A DNA stretch of 64,000 nucleotides from Proteromonas lacertae (Eukaryota), in assembly GCA_002245135.1 (NCBI GenBank), contig NGBS01000300.1, forward strand, positions 124,001 through 188,000, in the 5' to 3' direction. The notes beneath the pieces were generated by a model. That model did not search any database. It saw nothing but the letters and a program-made list of their open reading frames with translations, and was not told where the DNA came from. This document shows positions 25,066 through 37,600 of this stretch, piece by piece. How positions within the stretch are numbered: position 1 is the stretch's first letter; every line of letters begins with the position of its first letter. Position numbers and translations under genes: made by a program.

Positions 25066-27011
25066 ATGGATGGTGTTAAGAATAGTATGCCACATTATAA
25101 TTATAAAATAGTAAAAGCAGAAAATCTAAAAATCAGTTTAAATGAAACACCAAGGGATAATAGCAGTCCAAATTCAAAAGTTGTATGAACTGCTTGTCTA
25201 ATCTACTTTTAGCCACTCAGTATAGAAGATTTTGCAGTTGGACCATTGTTAGGAGAGGGGGCATATGCTCAAGTGAGAATCTGTCAGAAAAAGAAATCAG
25301 AAGAACAATATGCTGTGAAAATAATGGATAAAAACTTTTTGAGAAAAGTATTATATTAATTATTGAGTTATATTTAGGAAAAGAAGATACATTATGCAAA
25401 AACAGAAAGAGAAGTTCTTAGCAGGGTAAATCATCCATTTATACTTCATCTACATTATAGTTTTCAGGATGAGAAGTATTTATATATGGTTATTGATTTA
25501 TGTACAAGAGGAAGTTTAATTGATGTTATTGAGTATATAGATATATTGCGTTATATAATATCATAGACATTATAAACAATTAAATGAGAAAACAAATCCA
25601 AGTCATGCTCTTCCAATCGATATTCTAAAATGGTACATTAGCGAGATAATCAACGTTTTAGAATATCTACACTGCGATATGGATATAATACATAGAGATA
25701 TAAAGCCAGAAAACATATTAATAGGAGAAGATGGTCATATTAAATTATGTGATTTTGCTACTTGTCTATTACAACAACGTACTAATTCATATAGAGATAG
25801 ACAATATTCATTCTGTGGTACTGCCAATTATGCTTCACCAGAAATGCTAAATGATGAGCCATTAGGTTCTGGAGTGGATATATGGAGTATAGGATGTTTA
25901 TTATATCAGATGTATACTGGTAAATTCCCATTTGATGGAGAAAATGAGTTTTTATTATTTGAAACAATTTTGGAATTTGCTAAAAATCCAACATTACAAT
26001 TTCCAGAAGATACTCCAAAAGAATTATTAGTATATTATTATTATTATTATAGGATTTAATATATTCATTATTACTTCCAAATCCACATGAAAGATTAGGT
26101 AGTAAATATGGAGGAATTGCTGATGATTTTAAAGAACTAAAAGTATGATAATAATATAAATATTATATATATATATAGTCTCATGATTTTTTTAAAGGTG
26201 TTAATTTCAATTTAACCTATTTAATAGATCAGAAACCATTATATTTACCACCACTTCATGAATTTCCACTTACACCTGAAAATTTGGCTAATTTTAATGA
26301 ATTATTCAATGATCATGTAGATAAAGTATAAATATATAAATATATATAAATTATTAATATAGTTTGTGTTGGATGAAATAGAAAGTACACGATCTAGTAA
26401 ATTAGAAGACAATATTCGTCATAATAGCAGTAGTCGATCTAACTCATCACTACCACAACTACCAATAGGTGTTGTTACAACTCCTAATCGTTATTCATCA
26501 CCAAATCAATCAAAGTACCAAAACAAATCCCCAGTTTCTGTTGGTACACCATTATCTGAACCGTCTAATAATAATAATAATTCATCACTTCAAATAGATA
26601 CACCTAAAAATCAAAGTAACACTTCTAATAAGAGTAGAAGTGACTAGTGTTAGTTTGGATTATGTGTTTGAATCACTTTTGATGAAGAATGAAAATATGA
26701 TATTGAGTGGAACTGTACAAACAAAAGTTCTTTTTATTGACAAAGTCCAGACAGTTGATTTTGACTAATTATAGATTGATTATTCTTGATCCATTAGATA
26801 TAAAAGTTGAATCACAAATTGATTTGAATAAAAAGGATAAAAAATTGAAAATTATAAAGAAGAGTGATAATTCTTTTGAAGTTGTTGATGTATAATTTAT
26901 ATTGTTATATATTTTCAATAGTTTTTAAAGTCTTATCTCTTCAAAAATTGCAATGATCCTACTGCTGATGACTGGATAACAGATATTAATAGTGTTATTC
27001 AAAGTGTTTAA
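25066..27011 (+). CDS. PDK1: 3-phosphoinositide-dependent protein kinase 1-like (kinase + PH domain)
   Basis: [31 protein letters not shown] and a C-terminal PH-like KSRQLILT. Many short introns and one apparent frameshift near 26720. Confidence 0.8.
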
Positions 27012-27135
27012 TAGGCATATAATGTTGTATATATATATAAACCCTTCTCATAATAATATACGTTTTTTAAACATGATTTTGTTGATATTAGTAAAATAAC
27101 ATATTAATACACAGTAGAAAAAAAAGTATAATTAA

Positions 27136-27977
27136 TTAATAACCTATTGAAGCAGCTGATAAAGCTTTAAAGTCTCTAGAGGTAGTATCTGTTGTATCTT
27201 CTTCATCGTCTTCTGGATATATTCCATTTTCACTCTCCTTTATTATTCCACTATTTGCTATTCTGTGTTCAATCTCTCTTGTCTTTACTTCATATCCTTT
27301 ATCAAAATCTTCAAAACCAACTATTCTATCTATACTTATACCGTCTCTAAATATCACTACTGTTGGTAATGTTCTTACTGCTAGTTTTTGTACGAAAAAT
27401 GGACTTTTTTCTGCATTTAAATGTAAAAATTTGCATTCCATGTGATGTGGTGCAATTTTCTTCATGTGCATATCTAATATTTTACAACTCTCAAAATCAT
27501 CTTTATAAAATACAACCAAACAAACCTCACATTTTGTTACTTCGTTTAAAAATTCTGTTTCAAGTATTTCCCTGTATTCACCATAACCAGCTCGATGTAA
27601 CTCGTTTTGTTTTTTCAAGTCTCTAAGTCTAGCTTCTCGTAGTCTTTGAAATTCTGCATCATCATCGTCACTTAAGAAATCATCATCACTATCTTCATCC
27701 TCTATTATTAAGTATATTCATATAGCAATACCATTCTTTTTTGGTTCTTTATTTTCTATAGATATAGTAGGTAGAGGTGTAACTTCTTTTTTCGGTTTAT
27801 TCTTTGCTTTTTCTGATGGTTTTGGATCATTTTTGTGATTTTAATTAAGAAAATATGATAATAGTATTAATTTATAAAGGATATATGTTTTTCTACCAAA
27901 TCAGCCATCCCCTGCTGAATTCGCTCTTGTACAATTGCAGCTGTTTCTGCACCAAAGGTTCCTGATGAAAGAGGCAT
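27136..27977 (-). CDS. Phosducin-like / TXNDC9-like thioredoxin-fold protein
   Basis: GYGEYREI, CKILDMHM, NAEKSPFFVQKLAVRTLPT and DRIVGFE. Exon 1 (27977-27885) is 31 codons and is followed by an AT-AC intron. Confidence 0.9.
27835..27884 (-). other. U12-type (minor) AT-AC intron, canonical 5' site
   Basis: ATATCCTTT...TTTTCTTAAT-TAAAATCAC, 50 nt, phase 0. Removal gives ...VEKH|KNDPK in frame. Confidence 0.9.
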
Positions 27978-28194
27978 TTTAAAAATGAAAAATTCGTTTC
28001 AAAATTTGAAAATTTAAAAACCACTTTTTAAAAACCGTTTTTATAGATGAATGAATGAAGAACTTTATTATAAAATAGTATGTTCTACCAAAACATAAAA
28101 AACTAATAACAATAGGGTATAAAATGATAATTGGGTATAAATTAATGAATATTATGTATCAGGAGGTTTGCAATATTTTGTTAGTAATTGTTTA

Positions 28195-28690
28195 TTATAT
28201 TGTTGATGATTTTTGATTAGTTTTTTTTATCTATATTCACATTTTCGCATGATTTGTTTACATTTTGAGTTGATGGAATTATAATTACTTGTGGTTGATA
28301 TACTCTAGCAGATATAATAGACTTTGGAAAGATTAAAAAAGAAATATGATAATTACAAAATCACAGTAAATTTGGGAAATAAGAAGATTAAAACAATCAT
28401 GTAAATTGTTATATCTAATCATTTTTGTTAAATGTTATTAATAATTATTTGTGGGATTGATATTTTTAAAAAATAATAACCAAAGATTAGCATGTATCTA
28501 TTAATGATGAGTACTCTGACCAGTTATAATATTATAACCTCTATCACCAAATCCTCTATAATATTGTTGATTAAATTGTGGTTGATTTTTGATTAGTTTT
28601 TTCTTATCTATATTCGAATTGTCATATGTTTTATCTTATTTTTTGAGTTGATGGAGTTACAGTTCTTTGTGGTTGATATACTGTGAACAG
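28195..28690. repeat. Diverged ~110 nt direct repeat in a decayed low-complexity ORF region
   Basis: GATTTTTGATTAGTTTTTT..TATCTATATTC..TGAGTTGATGGA..TGTGGTTGATATACT occurs at ~28208-28304 and ~28584-28682. Confidence 0.6.
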
Positions 28691-28735
28691 GTGGTTTAGG
28701 TGAATGTCTAGCAATAAATTCATGTTTAGTATTCT

Positions 28736-29243
28736 TCAATAGTAGGTGATGCTCTGTTTGGTGGAGGATTGTTGTTGTTGATGTTGTGATGGTGGTTTTA
28801 TTGCAGCATGCTTACCATCATTATAAATACAAGGTTGAGGTTGAACATTATTTCTACCATTGTGTTGAAATTGTTGTTGATGTCCTGAATTATTATATCC
28901 ATCACTAACATCTTTACTTCCATAATGACTACTACGATGAATGATGATTTTCATGTGGATTACTCCCACCTTTCTGTTTAGCTCATATCACATTGTTGTT
29001 GTTGTACGAAATTTTCTCATTCCTTGCCTTTCCCATTTTAATTGTATTATCAACTATATCTTCCTGTATATAGTAATGATCACTACTTGAACTTATTTTA
29101 TCTGGATTCTTAGTATTAACTTCTTTCAATGCTTCTTTTATCTGAGGAATGGAATAATTGTTTGGGTTTTCTATCATTGGATTATATATTTTACTTAAAT
29201 TTCCAATCATTTTATCTTCTTTTCTATTAATCGCTCTCTTCAT
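28736..29243 (-). pseudogene. Fragmented Q/N-rich hypothetical gene
   Basis: Two short ORFs (28983-29243, 28736-28969) with stops or frameshifts and no recognisable domain. Confidence 0.3.
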
Positions 29244-29628
29244 TCTTTTACTATATTTTCTCTAAGTTCATACTGATTCATTTCTCATTTGTCTTTTAAG
29301 TATTTCATTTTCTTTTTGCTAATTCATTTACTCGTATTTTCAAAGTCTTTATTTTCGTCTTGTAGTTTAGATATATTATTTAAATCAAAAGTCTTGCCGT
29401 TATATTTAACTTAACACTTCTAATCAAACATATAACAATAAAATGTAATACATCATCTATGATACACAAGTATCAAATGTTGAACACATTCAATGCATAT
29501 CCATTACAATAAATACTATTAGCTATCATAACTGTAAACTAAAAATTTGTATATATAGATTCAAAACCACTATATTTTCATTAATAGTTCCAAAAAAGAA
29601 AAACACAATTATAATAACTTAAATAATA

Positions 29629-31151
29629 TTAAAAATTCTCAATTATTGTCACATACGTACTCCATACCCCACCTACTACTCCAAACACTATCAATATATA
29701 ACTCCATACATAATATGAATGATTTACTCTATTTCTATTACTATTATGATTATAAAAATAAATCATATAAGCTGATGGAATAACAAAATTAATAACAGCA
29801 CTTGTAGTACCTCCAAGCAACTGGAACAGTAAATTCAATTGTTCAACATTCAAGGCTATCAATAATACACTTATTAATATAATCATTGAATAAACATAAT
29901 AAATAGTTTTTGATCTTTTACTTTTCATATCTTCTTCTAAAGAATCATTAGCAACTTTAATACCATGCATCATTGATATTAAACTAAATCTATTTACATA
30001 TAAACATAACATTAATAATAATATTTTATACCTTAAAGGAAGTGTATTAAATGTAAAACACATCGTTATAGAAAATGCCATTGAAAAATATAATAAACAA
30101 ATCAATAACGAATATATAATTGAATCATTCCAATCAATAATCAATTTATTAAATAAATTACCTGGTGTCTTATAAGGCATAGCCATATAACCAAAAGTAC
30201 CAATCAAACCAAAGGCAAATAATGAAAATGTCATAGCTCTTCGATTAACTTTCTGCATTCTACCTTCTGTTGGTTTACGCAAAGATGCGAAGTTTTGAAA
30301 TATATTTACTTGACATGTAAATGCAAACATCATTATTGGAAGACTTTGGATCATTGGAAAATCGAATTTAGCCCAATAAATATATTGCAGATTCTCTTTA
30401 AGTGGGAATACAAACAACTATATATATATAATATATATTTATATAATTATACTGATAAAACAATACAAGTGATGATTAGATATATTATTGATAGTACTCC
30501 GATAAAGGAATATATTTTCAAATTATTCACAGTTCTTCTCAGTGATAATGGAACTACAATAATAATCCAATATGTCACTAAGCCAAATGTTCGATTGATA
30601 AATGGAAATACTTTTTGTAGTTGGATTATTAATGGAGTTAAAAGGTCTGATACAGCTACTAAATAGGAGACTGATGTTCCATAACAATTGATAATAATAC
30701 AGAGTTCAACAAATGATCTGTATTTTGCACCAAACAACTTATTCTATTGATATATATAATAAATAATAGTAAATTATACTGTAATTTCTTCATAACTCTC
30801 TAAATTCAATATTTCACGACTTTTTATCAACATATTAATTGATATAACTGTAGCTATAAAGTCTAAAACTAATAAAAATAAGCCTAATTACCATAATTCA
30901 TAATTTCAATACCCAGTAGTATTCCTGACTTTGCAAATGCATAAGGTAAAGATAAAGTCTCAGCTCCAAGTGTTGCTGATATTAAATTAAATACATTACC
31001 TGTTATTGAACCATCATTCCAAATTCTCTTCCAAAAACTCTCCTTCTTCTTCTTTTCTTGTTCTTGAGGTTTGCAAATCATTATATCTAAATCACTATTA
31101 TTTCTTTTCTATCAGAATCAAATTATTACTTTATACTTTACTTCTATTCAT
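29629..31151 (-). CDS. Amino acid transporter (SLC38/AVT, Aa_trans family)
   Basis: VFNLISATLGAETLSLPYAFAKSG, MMFAFTCQVNI, multiple TM segments, GT-AG introns. Confidence 0.9.
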
Positions 31152-31606
31152 ATTACAACAACTATCTATTGTTTCAGAGCAATTTTTCTTCAGTCTAACC
31201 AATTTTAATCCAAAAAGTTATAAACTGAAGGAAAATCAATGAAATTAAAAAAAGAAATTTGAGGTTGGATCAGATCTGTGGGTGGAATTAGTTATTTTTT
31301 GTTTTTAGGCTCAAACTCTTCAAATAAATAGATTATGATCTGAAAATATAAATATGCTGCTTTATTTGCGTTAGCCCAATAAATAATATTCTTTATTTTG
31401 TTGATTATAAAGAATATACAAATAACATTTGTTTTAAAACTCAAGCTTTTCTTCAAACATAATTTTTTGAATTTCAAAGAGGTTTTTCAAACTCTATTCA
31501 ATTATTTATTCTACAAAAGTTATTTAGTACATTTAAGAAAACTTCACTTTGCTTATATTTTTAAATTCGAGAGTATTTTCTAACTATTTATAAAATAGAC
31601 TTATAA

Positions 31607-34600
31607 ATGAATTCGTCTGGTTTAGCTTCATCAGATGATGATGATCAACCACAAAGTGATCATGAAGATGCAGTAAAGGCTGTGTCAAAAGCAAGAGAAC
31701 AAGTATATTTCGTAAATCTATTACAAGGCTGCTAAATTAATGTCCAATGTTGAAGAAGCAACAACACTTAGTTCTAAAACAAATATCTTATTTTAATATA
31801 TCATATATTATTTGTTACTTTAACACTATTTACCTCAAGAACAGCTTAAGCTATTCCCTCAATTGGTGAGTAGAATTGGAGATTTAGAAGAACAAATCAA
31901 AATAAATGAAACACAAGGAATATCATTTTTTTAATATGAAATGAACAAGAATTTCTTTAATTAATATAAGATGACTTAAAAAGAACACGAACAGTCTTAT
32001 CAGAGGTAATTACATATGTTCCACTATTTGCAACTTTAGAAAATTATGCTAAGTTATTTTCAATATCATTTTTCATTTTGTTTATATTATTCTCTACTAT
32101 TTCTTTAATTCTATTGTTTTGTGTGTAAGTAGTATCATCTGTATTACCTAATTACATCCCCTGTGAATATGTAATACTCTATATATTTGAAAGGGATAAA
32201 ATCTGGACTGAATTTAGAGAAAATAGTGAAGATGATCAAGCAATTAGAAAAGAGTATCCCACTTCCAATCCACACGTTTCAGAGGTAATAATTGATAGAC
32301 AAGAAATAATGATATCTAATATAGAAGAAGAAGAACAATATCACTTAGAAGATGATATAGAATACCACTCTTTATTATCAAGAGCAATATGTAACGAATA
32401 TCTTTTTTGAAACAATTTTAATAAATGAAAAATATGTTTAGTTTTGTTTTAATGATGTTTAATGATAATCGTGCATTGGGTATGATAGAATGTATTAATC
32501 ACAATGATGAGCAGGAGTTTACAGCGGAAGATAGTTATACATTAAATCAATTCTCTACTTTGATAGCTGTAGCTATTGAAATGATTGATAAGAGTTTGAG
32601 AGTAAATGATGAAATAGAAATATCATTTTATATATATATATATATAATTTCATTATTTAATGTTTTCTTTAATATATATTTACGATTATAAGATAAGTGT
32701 AGAAAGAGAAAGATTATATAATTCATTCTATCCAAAGATTAGACCACTTGATCCAGTCAAACAATTGAATGAAATAGTCAATATATTAAACAACACAATC
32801 ACTTCCATTATTCAAGCCAAGTCAAGCCAATTATATATGTATACTGATAATGGTGAGAAACAAGGATTATTGACATTTGATTCAAATGAAATTATTCCAT
32901 TAACTGATGATCAATAAGTCTATTATATCATTTATATATTTATATATTTTAATTTTTATTAGAATATTCTTTAATTCTATATTTAAGCACTTAAATCCAA
33001 TGCTATTTCAATCAATAATAAGATTAACACCAAAGCAATCAAGAATATATTATGCGTACCAATAACAGTAGGTGATAAGAAAGATGAAGCATTTGGAGTG
33101 ATAGAAATATGTAATAAAAAGAACAATGAATTTAGTGATAAAGATGCTTTATTAATTCAACCAATTATATGTTTATTCTCACTCATATTAACATATTATG
33201 GTGAATATAATAACAATATTGATCATATTAATGAAATTACAATGGAATTATCAAGAGCTGAAGAAGCAAATAATGATTTACAACAACAACATATATCTTT
33301 TTTTTAAAACCTATTATTATTATTATCATTTATATTTTCTTTAATTTTTATTCTTTACTTTATGGTAGCTAATCTGATTGCAACATTACAAAAGTGTACA
33401 ATATATTCCAATGAAGAATCAATGTTGAATGAAATAATAAGATCACTTAATACTTATGTTAAATGTAAAGAAATTTCACTTTACATATACAACTCTGAAA
33501 CTGAACAATTATGTGGTTTATATCCAAATAAAGAAGAATTTCCATTAAGATATCTTTTTATTAAACATTTTATTATTATATTATTATCTTTAATATTAAT
33601 ATACTACTGGTATTATAGGCCAAGCATTTGAAACTCAAGAAGTACAATGCATTCAAGATCCAACTAAGAATCCAAATTACAATGAAGATATAGACTTAGA
33701 AATCAAACTCAATCAATTAAATATAACCTGTATTCCATTAATTAATAAACCAAATGAATCAATACCTCAGAATTGTTATGGTGTTTTAACCTTTCACAAT
33801 TGTACTCCATTATTAGCCAGTAATGAAATCACCAATATTCAATTAATATGCCAAATATTAACACCTTATTGGATATTACAACAAAGAATATTAGAGTTGA
33901 GATCTAAATATAAGATTAATGATGAAATTACAAGTCTTGCTGATGTTATTAAAGAAATGAATAATATTATCTTAAAAGAAAGAGATATTGAACGAAGTTT
34001 AACTGATATTGATATTACTGAAAACCCATCACTTTTACCTGATAGATTATCTGCAATTATTAAACCATATTTAGAGTGTGATTCTATGATTGTATTATCA
34101 TTAAGTGAACATGAAAATAACTTTACTATTATGTCAATGAGTATATAAATATATTCATATTCTTTGTTTATTATTAATAAATAGAACCACCTAAAACAAT
34201 GAGTTATTCTGAAGTTCCATCTGTTCCTATGATCTACAACAATAATAAAGATAACAATGAAATTGAAGTAATAAAACATAGTGAGAATCCATATGAAGAT
34301 ATTAACAATATTATACCATTAGCATTACAATCAAAATGGACTGTAATAATACCTTTGATTATGTCAACATTTATATACTTTGTAATATATACAAAACCAT
34401 TATCAGAAGAAGAAATTAGAATAAAGATGGAGAAAATCAATAGAATTAAACCATTCTTAGAGCAAAAGATAATGGATGTATATAAGACATTTGAATATGA
34501 AAATAGAGGTAGATTATTAGTTGATTATATTCATACAATGTTGACTTGTACAACTTATGAAGATATTAGTTCATTTACATTCGTATATATTATTATGGTA

Positions 34601-37600
34601 TTATTATTTTATGTATAGAATTATTTGAATAATATATATGTTCTTCCATTTTGTAATGTTTGGGTTGTTAGTAATGAAAATACTTCGATTACCTTTGTAT
34701 ATCTCTCATTATAAACATTATTTATATAGAATTCAACATTAACTCAACCAGCTGCAATCTCATTGGATAATGAACCATATTCATTATTACAACATCAAAG
34801 TGGCAATTATTATTATTTTGATGATATAAATCGTCATTATAATGTGGTAAAATCAGATGAAACAGGTGAATTAATTGGATTTATAGAATATGATATTAAT
34901 CAAGTAGCATTAGAAGATATTCAAGCAGAGTTTGAGAGACATATATCACCAATATTAATATATACAACTCAAATAGTAAGAAGCAATATGGCACTCTTAG
35001 AAAAGAAGGATGAGATAGATGAAAGAGAGAAAAGAATAGAAGAAATTAATGAAGAAAATGAAGAAAAAACAAAGGAATTACATGAATTAATCAACAATCA
35101 AAAGAATTCTTTAGATACAATAACAATGAATTATAACAATGTAATGGACGAAATAGAACAAAAGAATAAACAAATTGAAAACTTGGTGAATGATGTGAAT
35201 AAGCTGAATGAAGAATATAATGCATTGAATAATGAATATAATGAGTTAGTTCCTATTTCAATATTACCTGTTATATTTAACTTAACTCCTGAACAAGTGA
35301 ATGATCAGAATATACAAAATTCTTTACAGATTGTATCAAATGAATTGACTGGATTTGATAGTGTTCAATATTTTAGATATAATGAAGATGATAAATATTT
35401 GTATATTATTATTATTATTATTATTATTATAAATAGATATTTACCAAATAATGTATCATTACAAATACCTGTACAATCCAGAACAAAGCTATTCTCTGTA
35501 TTAAACAGTAAAGATTATTCAGTATTTAATGATATTACATATAATCGTAATTATCCATTACCAGTGAATTTATCAATATTGAGAGAACAGGCAAAATGTG
35601 TTATTGTTTCACCAATGTATTTATAATTATAGAATATATTATGAATAGTTATTATTCAGATTATATTCATGGTTTGTTGGTTATAGAATCTAGAAATAAC
35701 TTAACACAAACTCAATTAACAATATTCAAATGTTTGGTTCAACTATTAACCCAAGTAATAACAATGGAAATAGTAATGAGAGAAAACAATGAATATTACA
35801 ATAGAGATTTAACCAATAATAAATTAGAATATACTCATTTAACAAGTGCTATTAATTACTTAATTCAAAGTATTCTACCACCTTGTAATGTCAGTACATT
35901 GCTAATGAAAGAGAATAAGTATTTAGTGCAATATGAATGTGATGAAACAGGTAATGTTGAAGAAACATCGTATATATTATTTTTATTTTTAATATTAACC
36001 TTATAGATATGATTTAAACTCCATTATTCCATTAAAATATCAAACTATCTACGATAGAGTATTCTCTATACCAAATCCTATTGAATTTCCTATTAATAAC
36101 AATCAAGATAATGACTATAATAACAATGATGATGAAAATAGTATAGTTGGTTTATGCAGAGATCAGAATAGGAATATAATGGGAGTTATTATTATTGATT
36201 GTGTTGGATTACAAGGAAAGAAATATGGTATATTATATATATATATATATATAATTAAATAGAATATATCCAATCATTAGTCGATAAAACCTTAGATGAA
36301 ATAGGAGATAATATCAAAACAATGTACAAGAACAATAACAATTCAATTGCCTGTATATTCCAACTACAACAATTCTTCTCAACCTTAAAGAGAAGAACAG
36401 CTAATAATATTCTTACTGAAGAATTAAATCAATATATTAGTGAAGGTATAAGACATCGTGTAGATGTGGAGGATGAAGAGATTACAGTGAATAATGAGAA
36501 GATGACTAGAAGAGCATCAATAGTAAGAGGATTATTCGGTAGTCCAAAGAAAATACTTCCTAACAACAATAATGGTAGTAATACAATGAGTAGTGATTCT
36601 AATAATGAAATATCAATGGGTGGTTCAATACATAGTAATCCAGTCACAAATAATAATAATAATAGAAATGTAAATGAAATGAAGAAGAATAAATATTTGA
36701 ACTTTGATAAAAGATTTCAAATCAATAAATCCAAGAGGAATAGTAACCTTAGTAAATCTACAAATGGTACAGTTGGTAGTCCTTCAGATAGTAATTCAAT
36801 TGGAAATGATAGTTCATTACCAAGTTATCCAACTTTTACTACTACAGATACAGGTGACAATGAAGAAGATAATAATAATAATAATAATAATGGTCAAGGA
36901 ATGAATAAAGGATTGAATCTAAGAAAATATGATGAAATTAATAACAAAATGGAATCTTTAAAACATCAAATAAAAGAAAATGAAAAAGAAGTTCAATTAT
37001 GGAAGAAATATTATAATTTATGTGAAAGATTAATACAAATCAACTCATTAGATGATTTATTGAATAAAATATGTGGTATATTGATGGATACTTTTATCAC
37101 TGACTATTGTATGATATATAACATTAACACTACCACCAGAATCAATGATGACTATATCAATTCACTCTATTTACAATTCAAAAGAACACATGAAATTATC
37201 TATAAAGAAACAATCTCTCATAAATATAGAACAATGTCAATATTCCCAATTACTTTAAATAACAATAGAGAAGATGAATATGTTATTATAATGGGATGGT
37301 GTAATAATCCTATATTACATAATATTAATATTATTTATGATTATTTATCACAGTATGTTAATCATTTATCAATGTTGAAAGATATGAATATGTTATTAGA
37401 AGATCACAATATTGTATATATATTTTATATTTATATATATATATAATGTATTGGGTATAGAAAATTAAAGACATTGTTAGTGAATCAGAACAATTAAATA
37501 TGAATATGAAAGAAATGAAGAATAAATATAATGATCTCAATAATTATATCATCTCATTATTACAGAATGTCACTAATTTCAATGATTTATGCTATCAAAT

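Noticed and set aside
32915..32917. In-frame TAA in the GAF gene as stop-codon readthrough or an alternative genetic code
   Set aside because: TAA, TAG and TGA end genes normally elsewhere in the window. Removing one base restores both frame and intron phase.
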